Source: Elusimicrobia bacterium GWA2_62_23 (GTDB taxonomy: Bacteria > Elusimicrobiota > Elusimicrobia > Elusimicrobiales > UBA9959). From it: 64,000 nt of DNA. Of the stretch, positions 27,060 to 37,100 are shown piece by piece (position 1 is the first letter of the stretch; the number at the start of each line of letters is the position of its first letter). The position numbers and the translations under genes were made by a program. The notes beneath the pieces are model-generated. The model was given only the letters and a program-made list of their open reading frames with translations, did no database searches and was not told the origin of the DNA. The stretch lies in the NCBI GenBank assembly GCA_001799635.1, contig MGTV01000048.1:16760-80759 (forward strand), given 5' to 3'.

Positions 27060-28521
27060 AACCGCCGAGACCTCCTTCATAAGTAAATTCACGGTCCTCA
27101 AAGGCTCGCTCAGGGAACTCTGGATCATCTTCGGTACCAAGATCATGACCATCCTGGCCTACAGCCTGGTCAATTCCGTGCTGGTGCTGTGGCTCTCCTC
27201 CGACCTGCGCCTCTCCGATAAGAGCGCCGGCTGGGTGATAGGCAGCTGGTCCATCATCATGACCGCCTTTACCGTGATGGTCGGCTCGCTCGTAGACGCG
27301 GTGGGCATCAGGAAATCGCTCATCGCCGGCTTCGGGCTGGCGGCCCTGGCCCGCCTGGTCATGGCCTTCTTCGCCGCGCAATACATCGCGGTGCCGTTCG
27401 GCCTCTTCCCGCTGGCGCTCGGCGAAGCCCTGCAGACACCTGTGATGGTCGCCGCCGTCCGCCGCTTCACCACTACCAAGCAGCGCTCCATCGCCTTCTC
27501 GCTCTACTACTCCATGATGAACGTGGGCTTCGCCATAGCGAGCTACGTGGTGGATAAGGTGCGCGGCGGCCTGGGCGAATACGGGCACTTCACGGTGCCT
27601 TTCGTGGGCGTAGAGATCAGCACCTACCAGAGCATCATCCTGCTGGGCATGCTGTGCACGCTGCCCAACCTCATCCTGACCTGGTTCGCCATGCGCGAAG
27701 GCATAGAGGCCACCGACGAGGGCGTGAAGATAACCCCGGCCGTCACCAAGTACCAGGGCGAGTCTTTCCTGGGCGCGGCCTGGCTCTCGAGCCGGGACGC
27801 CATGAAGGACTGGTGGCGCATCTTCGGCTCGCTGTGGACGCAGCCGACCTTCTACCGCTTCCTGGCCTTCTTCGGCTTCGTGGTGTTCGTGAAGCTGGTG
27901 CTCTACCACTTCTACTACACTTTCCCGAAGGTGGTCATCCGCGAGCTGGGCGAAGGCGCTCCCTTCGCGCGGCTGTTCGGCTTCCTGAACGCCGTGGTGG
28001 TGATAGTCCTGGCCCCGGTGGTGGGGGCGCTGACGCAGAAGTTCACGGCCTACAAGTCGGTGATCATCGGCACCACCATAGCGGCGCTGTCCATCTTCCT
28101 GATGGCGCTGCCGCCGGCCATGTTCCAGGGCCTGGCCGACGGACCCTTCGGCGCGGCCATCTCCTGGTGGCTCGACCTGCCGGCCCCGCTGCACCCGCTT
28201 TACGCGGCCATAGTGCTGTGCGTCATAATCTATTCGGTGGGAGAATCTTTCTACTCGCCCCGGCTGTACGAGTACCCCGCGGCCATAGCGCCCAAGGGGC
28301 AGGAAGGGTCCTACATGGCGCTCTCCATGCTGCCGTACTTCTTCGCCAAGTTCTTCGCGGGCGGCCTCTCGGGCTACCTGCTGGCGGCCTACTGCCCGGC
28401 CGAGGGGCCGCGCAACTCCCAGATGATCTGGGTGATAGTGGCGGGCATGGCCATGCTGACCCCGGTGGGCCTGCTGCTGGCCAAGCGCTATATCCAGGTA
28501 AAAGAAGCCGGCCGGGAATAA
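27052..28521 (+). CDS. MFS transporter (POT/peptide-type)
   Basis: 12-TM pattern, GSLVDAVGIRKS motif A, AFSLYYSMMNVG, IAPKGQEGSYM. Confidence 0.85.
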   Translation: MTETAETSFISKFTVLKGSLRELWIIFGTKIMTILAYSLVNSVLVLWLSSDLRLSDKSAGWVIGSWSIIMTAFTVMVGSLVDAVGIRKSLIAGFGLAALARLVMAFFAAQYIAVPFGLFPLALGEALQTPVMVAAVRRFTTTKQRSIAFSLYYSMMNVGFAIASYVVDKVRGGLGEYGHFTVPFVGVEISTYQSIILLGMLCTLPNLILTWFAMREGIEATDEGVKITPAVTKYQGESFLGAAWLSSRDAMKDWWRIFGSLWTQPTFYRFLAFFGFVVFVKLVLYHFYYTFPKVVIRELGEGAPFARLFGFLNAVVVIVLAPVVGALTQKFTAYKSVIIGTTIAALSIFLMALPPAMFQGLADGPFGAAISWWLDLPAPLHPLYAAIVLCVIIYSVGESFYSPRLYEYPAAIAPKGQEGSYMALSMLPYFFAKFFAGGLSGYLLAAYCPAEGPRNSQMIWVIVAGMAMLTPVGLLLAKRYIQVKEAGRE

Positions 28522-28531
28522 GCAACCCGAA

Positions 28532-28703
28532 GGCGTGACGGGGGGGCAGGGTTAGCAAAAGCCCCCCGGAAGGCGAGGCTTGCGTAAGCGCCGGGTGGAG
28601 CGCGCAACGCACGCGACACAATTCAGCGTTCAAGCCTGAGGGCGGCAGGCGCGGCCACGGTGTGGCCGACGCCGTTTTTGCGATCCTGCCCCCCTGGCAC
28701 GCC
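28532..28703 (+). repeat. About 172-nt structured element with a long closing stem (ncRNA or MITE-like)
   Basis: Arms GGCGTGACGGGGGGGCAGGGTTAGCAAAA and TTTTGCGATCCTGCCCCCCTGGCACGCC; inner stems GGCTTG/CAAGCC and GGCCAC/GTGGCC. Confidence 0.55.
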
Positions 28704-28770
28704 GACCCCCGCGTTACCTTTGTTACAGGGCCTTTAATATTCCCTTGTTAATTATCTACAATATGGGAAT

Positions 28771-30393
28771 ATGACCGAACCTAAAGACCTTTACTCATGC
28801 CTGGCCAGGACGGCCGAAAGGAACCCTGAGGAGACGGCCTACGTGACCGGCGACAAGCGCATGTCCTGGCACGAGGTCCTGTTCTCGGTGGACCGGGCCG
28901 CGGACATGTTCTGGCAGCTGGGCCTGCGCAAAGGCGACCGCGCGGCCATAGTGCTGCGCAACTCCCCCGAATTCATCATTTCCTACTTCGCCATGGCCAA
29001 GATAGGCGCGGTGGCCGTGCCGATCAACTACCTGGTCTCCAAAGGCGAGGAGATCTCCTACATCCTGGAGAATTCCTCCTGCAAGGGCGTGGTTACGGAG
29101 AAGGAGTTCGTGAAGAACTACATCTCGGTCAAGAAGAACCTGCCCGGGCTCAAGTTCATCGTCTCCGCCGACTTCTGCGGCCTCGACGGCGTGGTGGATT
29201 TCTGGCAGTACCTCAAGCACGCCCATTACCATCCGCAGACCCAGAAACCGGCCGCCGACGAGCACGACCTGGCGTCCATCCTCTACACCTCCGGCACCAC
29301 CGGCCACCCCAAGGGCGTGCTCCTGACGCACCATAACATGGCCGAGAACGCCAAGTCGGCCATTTCCGTCATAGACCCCACCAAGAAGGACGTCTTCATG
29401 GCGCTGCTGCCCATGTTCCACACCTTCTCGTGGACCGGCAACGTGATAGCGCCCATCCTGATGGGCTGCAAGACCATGATAGTGAAGAGCATCACGCCGC
29501 CCAAGCCCTGGCTGCAGGCCATGGGCCGCGAAGGCGTCACCATCATGATAGCCGTGCCGCAGATCTACGGTGTGCTGGCCAAGGAAGCACGCGGCCTCAA
29601 GAAGTTCTTCCTGAAGTTCTGGAGCCTGCGCAAGGTGCGCTTCTGCCTGTCCGGCGCCGCGCCGCTCAACAAGACCATCACCGACCACTTCCACAAGGCC
29701 TTCGGCCTGCACATCCTCGAAGGCTACGGCCTCACCGAGACCAGCCCGGTGGTCACCATCAACCCGCCCAAGGGCCGCAAGCACGGCTCGGTGGGCCGCG
29801 CCATCCCCGGCGTGAAGATCCGCATAGTGGACGAGACCGGCGCCCACCTCAAGCACGGCGAGGAGGGGGAGATCTGCGTGATGGGCCCCAACATCACCCG
29901 GGGCTACCACGGCAACGACCAGGCCACCAGGGAACTGTTCACCCAGGACGGCTGGCTCAAGACCGGCGACATCGGCGTGCTGGATTCCGACGGCTTCCTG
30001 TTCATCCGCGACCGCAAGAAGGACATGGTCATAGTAAAGGGACTCAAGGTCTTCCCGGCGCAGATAGAGCACACCATCTGCACGCACCCCAAGGTGCTGG
30101 AGAACGCCGTGATCGGCATCCCGGACGGCAGCGGCAACGAGACCATGAAGTGCTTCGTGGTGGCCAAACCCGACACCGCCCTGGAGAAGGCCGAGATCAT
30201 GCAGTTCATAAAGGCCAATTTCGACGCCTACAAGCGCCCCCGCGACGTGGAGATAGTCAGCGCCCTGCCCAAGAACGCCCTGCAGAAGGTGCTCAAGCGC
30301 GAGCTGCTGCGCAAGGAACTGGAGAAGAGGGCGGCGGCGGCCGCTCCCGTCCACGCCCACGCTCACGAGAAACCGGCGCACACGCGCCATTGA
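28771..30393 (+). CDS. Long-chain fatty-acid--CoA ligase
   Basis: YTSGTTGHPKG, EGYGLTE, WLKTGD, DRKKD, LPKNALQKV. Confidence 0.92.
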   Translation: MTEPKDLYSCLARTAERNPEETAYVTGDKRMSWHEVLFSVDRAADMFWQLGLRKGDRAAIVLRNSPEFIISYFAMAKIGAVAVPINYLVSKGEEISYILENSSCKGVVTEKEFVKNYISVKKNLPGLKFIVSADFCGLDGVVDFWQYLKHAHYHPQTQKPAADEHDLASILYTSGTTGHPKGVLLTHHNMAENAKSAISVIDPTKKDVFMALLPMFHTFSWTGNVIAPILMGCKTMIVKSITPPKPWLQAMGREGVTIMIAVPQIYGVLAKEARGLKKFFLKFWSLRKVRFCLSGAAPLNKTITDHFHKAFGLHILEGYGLTETSPVVTINPPKGRKHGSVGRAIPGVKIRIVDETGAHLKHGEEGEICVMGPNITRGYHGNDQATRELFTQDGWLKTGDIGVLDSDGFLFIRDRKKDMVIVKGLKVFPAQIEHTICTHPKVLENAVIGIPDGSGNETMKCFVVAKPDTALEKAEIMQFIKANFDAYKRPRDVEIVSALPKNALQKVLKRELLRKELEKRAAAAAPVHAHAHEKPAHTRH

Positions 30394-30427
30394 AGCCGCC
30401 CCGTCGGCGGCAGTAAGGCCCCTTCGC

Positions 30428-31909
30428 ATGAAACTCGCGGCAAGCATCCTCGGCGTTTTTCCCGAAACCTGGCTGGTAGGCGGCGCCCTGCGCGACGCCC
30501 TGCTCAAACGCCCCTTCAAGGACATAGACCTGGCCGTACCGCCTTCCGCGGATTTCTCCCGGAAGGTGGAACGCCTTGCCCGCGTCCTGGACGCGGCCTG
30601 CTTCCTGCTCGACGAGGAGACCCAGGTCTGGCGCCTCTCGGCCCGCGCCAAACCCTCCTTCCAGCTGGACATCATGCCTTTCGTGGGCGGCACCCTGGCC
30701 AGCGACCTGGCCCGCAGGGATTTCACAGTGAACGCCATAGCCTGCCGCCTCTCGCCCGGGGACGACTTCAAAGCGGACAGGAAAACCGGGGATTTCACTT
30801 TCAAGCCGGCGCGCGCCGCGCTGCAGGACCCCTTCGGGGGAATGAAAGACCTGGCGGCGAAGCGCCTCAGGACCGTTGCTTCCGACGTTTTCACCAAGGA
30901 CCCGGTGCGGCTGCTGCGCGCTTTCCGCATAGCCTCGGCGCTGGACCTGGAGATCTCGCCGGCCGCCCTGAAGGCCATAAAGAAACACGCCGCCCTGATC
31001 AGGCGGCCCGCCCCCGAGCGGGTGCGCGAAGAGCTCATGCGCCTCCTGGAAAGCCCCGAGTCCTGCCGGTGGCTCGCGCTGATGCACAAGTACGGCCTGC
31101 TGACCGCCGTCTTCCCCGACCTGGCCGCCCAGGAAGGCTGCGCCGTGAACTATTACGGCAGAGGCGGGGTCCTGAAGCATACCCTGCAGGTAGTGGAAAG
31201 GGTGGACGACCTGTTCGGCGATCTTGCCGGCTGGCTGCCCGAGGCGAAAAAACTCCTCCCGTTGCTGCCCCAGCCGCGCCTGCTCAAGTTCGCGGCGCTG
31301 CTGCACGACATAGCCAAGCCGCCCAAGGCCGCCATGATAAAAGGCCGGCTGCGCTTCTTCGGCCACGAGGAGTTCGGGGCCGGGATGGCGGAGAAGGTAA
31401 TGGAAGACCTGCGCTTTCCCCGCGAGGAGATCCGCCTGGTCTCCAGGGTCATAGGGGCGCACCTGCGCCCCGGCAACCTGGCCGCCAACGACGCGATCTC
31501 GGACAGGGCCATGTTCCGCTTCTTCCGCACCATGGGCGACTACACGGTACCCCTGCTGGCCCTGAGCTGGGCCGACCACGCCAGCTACGTTTCCTCCGAG
31601 CAGCTGAAAAAATTCAGAAAGAAGCTGCACGACGCTCCGGCCCCGCTCAAGCCCGGGCTGCCTTACAATTCCCCGGTGAAGACCCTGCGCTACATGCAGG
31701 TGCTGAGCCTGCTGCTGAAAACTTACGTGAAGAAAACCCTCAAGCTGGCGGCCACCCGCCTGGTGGACGGCAACGACGTGATCCGCGCCCTGAAGCTGCC
31801 CGAAGGCCCGCGGGTGGGCGAGCTGCTCGACAAGGTGCGACTGCTGCAGTTCGAGGGGAAGGTGAAGACCAGGGAGCAGGCCCTGAAGGCGCTGAAAGGC
31901 ATGCGCTGA
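30428..31909 (+). CDS. Class II tRNA nucleotidyltransferase with HD domain (probably CC-adding type)
   Basis: VGGALRD..DIDL, DLARRDFTVNAIA, DPVRLLRAFR, LLHDIAKP, FFGHE. Confidence 0.88.
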   Translation: MKLAASILGVFPETWLVGGALRDALLKRPFKDIDLAVPPSADFSRKVERLARVLDAACFLLDEETQVWRLSARAKPSFQLDIMPFVGGTLASDLARRDFTVNAIACRLSPGDDFKADRKTGDFTFKPARAALQDPFGGMKDLAAKRLRTVASDVFTKDPVRLLRAFRIASALDLEISPAALKAIKKHAALIRRPAPERVREELMRLLESPESCRWLALMHKYGLLTAVFPDLAAQEGCAVNYYGRGGVLKHTLQVVERVDDLFGDLAGWLPEAKKLLPLLPQPRLLKFAALLHDIAKPPKAAMIKGRLRFFGHEEFGAGMAEKVMEDLRFPREEIRLVSRVIGAHLRPGNLAANDAISDRAMFRFFRTMGDYTVPLLALSWADHASYVSSEQLKKFRKKLHDAPAPLKPGLPYNSPVKTLRYMQVLSLLLKTYVKKTLKLAATRLVDGNDVIRALKLPEGPRVGELLDKVRLLQFEGKVKTREQALKALKGMR

Positions 31910-31931
31910 ACCCGGTCTGCGTTTTTACCCT

Positions 31932-31962
31932 AAAGGCCCATACGCGTATGGGCCTTTTTATT
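31932..31962 (+). terminator. Intrinsic terminator
   Basis: AAAGGCCCATAC-GC-GTATGGGCCTTTTTATT. Confidence 0.8.
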
Positions 31963-32043
31963 TCCCAAAACCGCCCCCGCGGGCCCGGGCGGGGAGCGGA
32001 GGATAAAGGTAGACTATATAGAGTAGCAGGAGGCTAACCTTAT

Positions 32044-32673
32044 ATGAACAAGAACTTCGCGCTTTCGGCCGTGCTGGTTTTCGCGACCGGTCTGGGGCTG
32101 GCTTTCGCCGGCGTGCAGGAGCCCGCGCTCCCCGGCACCCCCGCCGCCGAAGTAAAACAGGAAGACCCTAAAGCCCGCGAATTCAAGGACATCCTTTTCA
32201 AGCTCGTGCGCCAGGACGAATATCTCGACGAAGCGCTCGAGACCATAGACGCCTCCAACGGCCGCATGAGCGCTCACGACCTGTCGGCCATGGGCCTGAG
32301 CCTCAAGATGATCTCCAACAACCTCCGCTACGTAGCCTCGCGCAACAAAGCCGAGTTCCACGCCGTGCAGCCCGGTTCGCCCAACGCCAGGTACATCAAC
32401 ACCATCTTCAGCTACAGCCGCAAGGTCAACCGCAAGGCGGGCCGGGTGGGCGCGCTGGTGGCGCTGATGGCCGCCAAGAACAAGAAGCGCGCCGCCATGC
32501 GCGACGCGGTCTCGTCCAGGAAAGGCGGCAAAAAAGTCAAAGGCAAAAAAATAGCCCAGATCCTCGAGGAGCAGAAGGCCATGGACGCGCTGGCCGCCGA
32601 CGCCAGGGAACTGCGCGCCGCCTCCCGCGGCCTCAACGCCACCAGCAAGTGGCTCTATATCGCCGCCAAATAA
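32044..32673 (+). CDS. Exported helical, Lys-rich hypothetical protein
   Basis: 209 aa; AGGAGG RBS; signal peptide ending AFA; normal GC3 bias. Confidence 0.7.
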   Translation: MNKNFALSAVLVFATGLGLAFAGVQEPALPGTPAAEVKQEDPKAREFKDILFKLVRQDEYLDEALETIDASNGRMSAHDLSAMGLSLKMISNNLRYVASRNKAEFHAVQPGSPNARYINTIFSYSRKVNRKAGRVGALVALMAAKNKKRAAMRDAVSSRKGGKKVKGKKIAQILEEQKAMDALAADARELRAASRGLNATSKWLYIAAK

Positions 32674-32690
32674 CGCCTCCCGCGCGCGCG

Positions 32691-32728
32691 AAAAAACTCC
32701 CCCGCCCGAAACGGCGGGGGATTTTTTT
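32691..32728 (+). terminator. Intrinsic terminator
   Basis: TCCCCCGCC-CGAAAC-GGCGGGGGA followed by TTTTTTT. Confidence 0.75.
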
Positions 32729-32741
32729 GTAAAATTTAAGC

Positions 32742-33296
32742 ATGAAAGACCCGCTTGAAACCGCCACGCTCCAAATTTTGAAAGCGCTGGGTGAGAACCC
32801 CGCGCGCGAGGGCCTCAAAAAAACGCCCATGCGCGTGGCCCGCGCCCTGCGCGAGATAACCTCCGGCTACGGGGCCGACATGAACAAGGTCTTCAACAAC
32901 GCCTTCTTTAAAGCGGACTACCGCGAGATGGTGATAGTGAAGGACATCGCCTTCTACTCGCTCTGCGAGCACCACATGCTGCCCTTCTTCGGCAAAGCGC
33001 ACATCGCCTATATCCCCAACGGCCGCATAGTGGGCCTCTCCAAGATCCCGCGCCTCGTGGAGACCTTCGCGCGGCGCCTGCAGGTGCAGGAACGCCTCAC
33101 CGAGGAGATCGCCGACACGCTCTACAAAGTGCTCAAACCCCGCGGGGTGGGCGTGGTCATGGAGGCCGAGCATCTCTGCGTGAGCATGCGGGGGGTAAAG
33201 AACGAAACCTCTTTCGCCACTACCAGCTCCATGCTGGGAACTTTCCGCACAGACAGCAAGGTGCGCGGGGAGTTCCTGAACCTTATAAAGAGATAA
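32742..33296 (+). CDS. folE: GTP cyclohydrolase I
   Basis: REGLKKTPMRVA, SLCEHHMLPFFG, GLSKIPR, RRLQVQERLT, HLCVSMRG. Confidence 0.97.
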   Translation: MKDPLETATLQILKALGENPAREGLKKTPMRVARALREITSGYGADMNKVFNNAFFKADYREMVIVKDIAFYSLCEHHMLPFFGKAHIAYIPNGRIVGLSKIPRLVETFARRLQVQERLTEEIADTLYKVLKPRGVGVVMEAEHLCVSMRGVKNETSFATTSSMLGTFRTDSKVRGEFLNLIKR

Positions 33297-33364
33297 TAAT
33301 ATTATTGTTGAATTCTAAAATACTTTTAAGTAGAATTTACGGGTCGTGAGTTTTTTGGGCTTTC

Positions 33365-33435
33365 GCGGGTGTAGTTCAATGGTAGAACGAGTGCTTCCCA
33401 AGCATTAGACGTGGGTTCGATTCCCATCACCCGCT
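33365..33435 (+). tRNA. tRNA-Gly(CCC), CCA not encoded
   Basis: GCGGGTG acceptor stem pairing with CACCCGC, anticodon loop TTCCCAA, T-loop GGTTCGATTCC, discriminator T, followed by TTCG. Confidence 0.95.
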
Positions 33436-33495
33436 TTCGCTCTTTTTAAAAAAACTATTCGTATCCGTTCGTGGGGTCGGTTAAATTGTAGGGCT

Positions 33496-33608
33496 AGCGA
33501 AAGCGGGTGATGGGAATTTCCTTATGACTGCAGCTCGCTGACGCTCGCATGTCACCCGCTATCAGAGGTTTAAGAGTTCGCTAACGCTCACTATCAGAGT
33601 TTTAAGAA
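33496..33608. repeat. Inverted copy of the tRNA 3' end plus short direct repeats
   Basis: 33496-33517 is the exact 22-nt reverse complement of 33420-33441; CTATCAGAG(G/T)TTTAAGA occurs at 33559 and 33591. Confidence 0.8.
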
Positions 33609-33639
33609 CCGCAGAAGAATTTTGGGGATTTATCAAGAA

Positions 33640-34131
33640 ATGACGAAATCAAAAACATTCTGGGCTGTTGCGGCGATCACCAGCCTGGCGGTAATGGCTT
33701 TTGCCGGCTTCTCCATTTATGAGCGGCTGTCGCTGCATATGTCGGGGGATACCATAGAGGTCCGCCCCGTGCCCGTCCCGGCCGACCAGCCGGCGGGGGA
33801 AACCGTGGAGGAGGCCAAGGCCCCCGAAGAGGTTAAAGAGACCGCGGCCGCCGCGCCGGCCAAGGAAAAAGAAGAAGCCGACGACGGCCGGATCAAGGCT
33901 GTAAAGACCGTTTTCGAGTACAAGGACGCCAAGGCCAAGTCCGTGAAGATCGCCGGCAGCTTCACCTCCTGGAAAGACAAGGCCATGACCAAGAAGAACG
34001 GCGTCTGGAAAGCCGAGATCTACATCCTGCCCGGCACCTATCCCTACCACTTCAACGTGGACGGGAAGAAGAAACTGGACCCGGGTAAACCCAAGGCGCC
34101 TACCGGCGACTCGCTGGTGGACGTCAACTAG
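33640..34131 (+). CDS. Membrane-anchored CBM48/AMPK-type glycogen-binding-domain protein
   Basis: ATG 33640; N-terminal TM, acidic linker, AKSVKIAGSFTSW...GVW...LPGTYPYHFNVDG. Confidence 0.85.
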   Translation: MTKSKTFWAVAAITSLAVMAFAGFSIYERLSLHMSGDTIEVRPVPVPADQPAGETVEEAKAPEEVKETAAAAPAKEKEEADDGRIKAVKTVFEYKDAKAKSVKIAGSFTSWKDKAMTKKNGVWKAEIYILPGTYPYHFNVDGKKKLDPGKPKAPTGDSLVDVN

Positions 34132-34195
34132 GTCTTTTTAACCGAACCGTAACAAAGTTGTAACAGGTTTCCTGTAGACTATCTTGGGCGCTACT

Positions 34196-37100
34196 ATGAC
34201 TTTCAGAAAGGTTTTCCTTTTTATCGCACTGCCGCTCTCCCTGAGCGCGCAGAGCGCGTTCGCTCTCAATACCGGCCGCCACGGCCACACCACCACCCTG
34301 CTGCCCGACGGCAACATCCTTGTGACAGGCGGCGTAACCGGTGCCGCAAACGTCCCCACAAACTCGGACGAGATATACTTCACCTCGGCGGCGGCTTTCG
34401 GCTTCGGCTCCGCCTCCGGCATGATAATCTCCGTGGCCTCCCACACCGCCACCCTGATGGGCAACGGCGTGGTGCTGGTGGCCGGCGGCTTCAACGCCGG
34501 CGTACCGGTGCAGCAGGCTTCGCTCTACAACGCCAAGACCGGCGCGTGGACAGATCTTGGGAACGCCATGACCACTCGCAGGGGCGGCCACACCGCCACT
34601 CTGATCAGCAAGGGCGCCAACTCCGGCAAGGTCCTCATCTGCGGCGGCCAGACCAACGTCGCCGGCATCCAGACCATCACCGATTCCTGCGAGATCTACT
34701 CCCCGAACGTCAGCAACCCTTTGGCCGGCACTTTCGCGGCCGTGCAACCCATGTCCAGCGAGCGCATAGGGCACTCGGCCAGCGCCATAGCGGGGGGGAG
34801 GGTGTTCGTTTCAGGCGGCCGAAGGTGGGACGTAGCCAACACTACCTGGACCTACCTGTCCACCAACGAGATCTATGATCCGACCAACAACCAATGGCAG
34901 CCGGTAACAGCCCTGAACACCGGCCGCACCGACCACTCAGCCGTGGTGCTTAATAACGGTTCCATCATGATCTCCGGCGGCTACAACGGCGTCAACAAGA
35001 TAGATTCCCCGGAAGAGTACTGGTACAGGACCCCGGAGGGCGCCGCTGCAGGCCACACCCCCGGAAGCAAAGGTTATTTGGAAAGCGCGGAGATCTTTGA
35101 CTCTTACGGCGGCAGGGTGCCGATCAGCGGGACCGATTACCTGGTCATGCCGTACAGGAACTCCAAACATGCAGCAGCACTCACCGGAGACGGAAGGATG
35201 CACATGTACGGAGGCTACGGCAATATTCCGCCGACCTACTTCAGTCCATCCTTGGTGGTACAATCCGGGCAATTAAACCTCACCAAGACCGATATAACCA
35301 CGGCGACCATCAACTCCACCAGCATGTTGCAGTTCTTAGGAGAACTGAACCTTTCCAGGAGCGTCAGTGGCCGGCTGGTAGACGCCGATATCTTCCTTTC
35401 AAGGCCCTCGATAGCGGCCACCCCCTCCATCACGGCTTCTAACGCGTCCGCCTACTTGGGCTACGCCACCGTACGGGCAGACGGCTCAGCCGTAGGCGTC
35501 ACCGCGGGCCTTGCCCCCGGAGAATTCCGCGACATACTTACCCTTGGAACCGCTCTCGGAGGGACACCCCCTACAGGCAGGGTGGTATTCTCACCGCAAC
35601 AGGTAACAGCGAGACCGACGCCGGCTGGAGCCGGTTCCCAATTTTGTTTCGTTCCTACTCCGCTGCCGCCGCAAAATCCGGCGGTGCCTCTCACCGCGGG
35701 CTCCCGTTTGGACATGACGCTGGCCTTCGACGTGCCGGCGGTTTACATTGGCGGCGTGATCTCGGGCTCGGTGACCATCAACAGCGGTTCCATCAGCGAC
35801 GATATGGGGTTCTGGGTCGTCAACCTTACCACCGGCACCACGCAGTTCACCAGCGGCACTGTTTACCTCGACATAGTCACGGGCATGGGAGTAGCCAGCG
35901 GGAACGTCTCTTTCACCAACATCGAAGGCACCGTTCTGAATTCCACGGTAACGGCCCTTACCAGCTGCATAGCGACCACCGCTAACGACTCCGTGCCCAG
36001 CCTGTCCCTCAGGGCGTCATACACTTCATCCCTTATTAACATCGATGGGCTCTCATACAACGTGGATCGTTCCTCTTTTGTGATCCGGGAAATGATCTTC
36101 GCCGACGATTTGGGATATTCACCCGCCGGCTCTTCATGGGAATTTGGGCCGACCCTCTACCCCATCTTCAACAATACCGCCTTGGTAACCCCCGGAGCCG
36201 ACGTCCTGATAACTGGCGGACGCACCTGCGACCAGGAGGGCGCCCCCGGTTTTGATTGCCTGCGCACGAACAAGGTCTTTACCGCGTCCAGAGGCGCTGG
36301 CGCGTTCATTTCGCAGAATCTCTCCGGGTGGCCGAATGTGGGCAACCTCCTGCGTAAGCGCGCCTTCCACTCCAGCACCCTGTTGCCAAACGGCCGGATC
36401 CTTACCTGCGGCGGAGCGGACGGCACCGAAACCCTGGATTCCTGCGAACTATTCAACATCAATACCCAGGTTTGGACCTCGGCCGGCCGCATGAACTCTC
36501 CGCGTTCACGCCACACCGCCACCCTGTTGCCAAACGGCCGCGTGCTGGCCGCCGGCGGCACCATAAGTTCATCCACCCATACCATAACCACGGCCGAGAT
36601 CTATTATCCCGACACCGACAGATGGATCCCGGTCAATTCCATGACCTACCCCAGGGCCAACCACTCGGCCGTCCTGATGCCCGACGGCAACGTACTGATG
36701 GCCGGCGGAGATACCATAAACGGCTATTCCGCCACTTCCGAACTTTTCATAACCACCAGCACGGTCTGGGTCACCGTGGGCAGCATGGCCACTGGCAGAG
36801 CCCAGCATACCGCCACCCTGCTCAGGGACGGGAACGTAATGGTGACCGGCGGCATCAACGGCACCGGCCCTTTAAAATCCATGGAGATCTACGATGGCAA
36901 TCTGCGCACCTGGTCCGAGCCGGGTTATGACATGCAGGTCCGGCGCTACGCGCACACAGCCAACCTCCTGCTGGACGGGCGAGTAATGGTTACAGGCGGC
37001 TCCAATGGCACGGGAGCTCTCCCTCAGGCGGAAATATTCAGCGGCACGTCCTGGCGGCGCACTACCGAATTGGGCGGCAACGACATGCTGGTGGCAAGAG

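Noticed and set aside
28560-28582. CCGGAAGG resembling the SRP RNA tetraloop
   Set aside because: The flanking CAGG/AGCA symmetric loop is absent.
28795-31089. Long antisense or alternate-frame ORFs (764 aa here; also 9327-10895, 17307-18980, 50660-52828, 62240-63988 and many others)
   Set aside because: They overlap genes with clear family motifs and are the usual stop-poor shadow frames of high-GC3 DNA.
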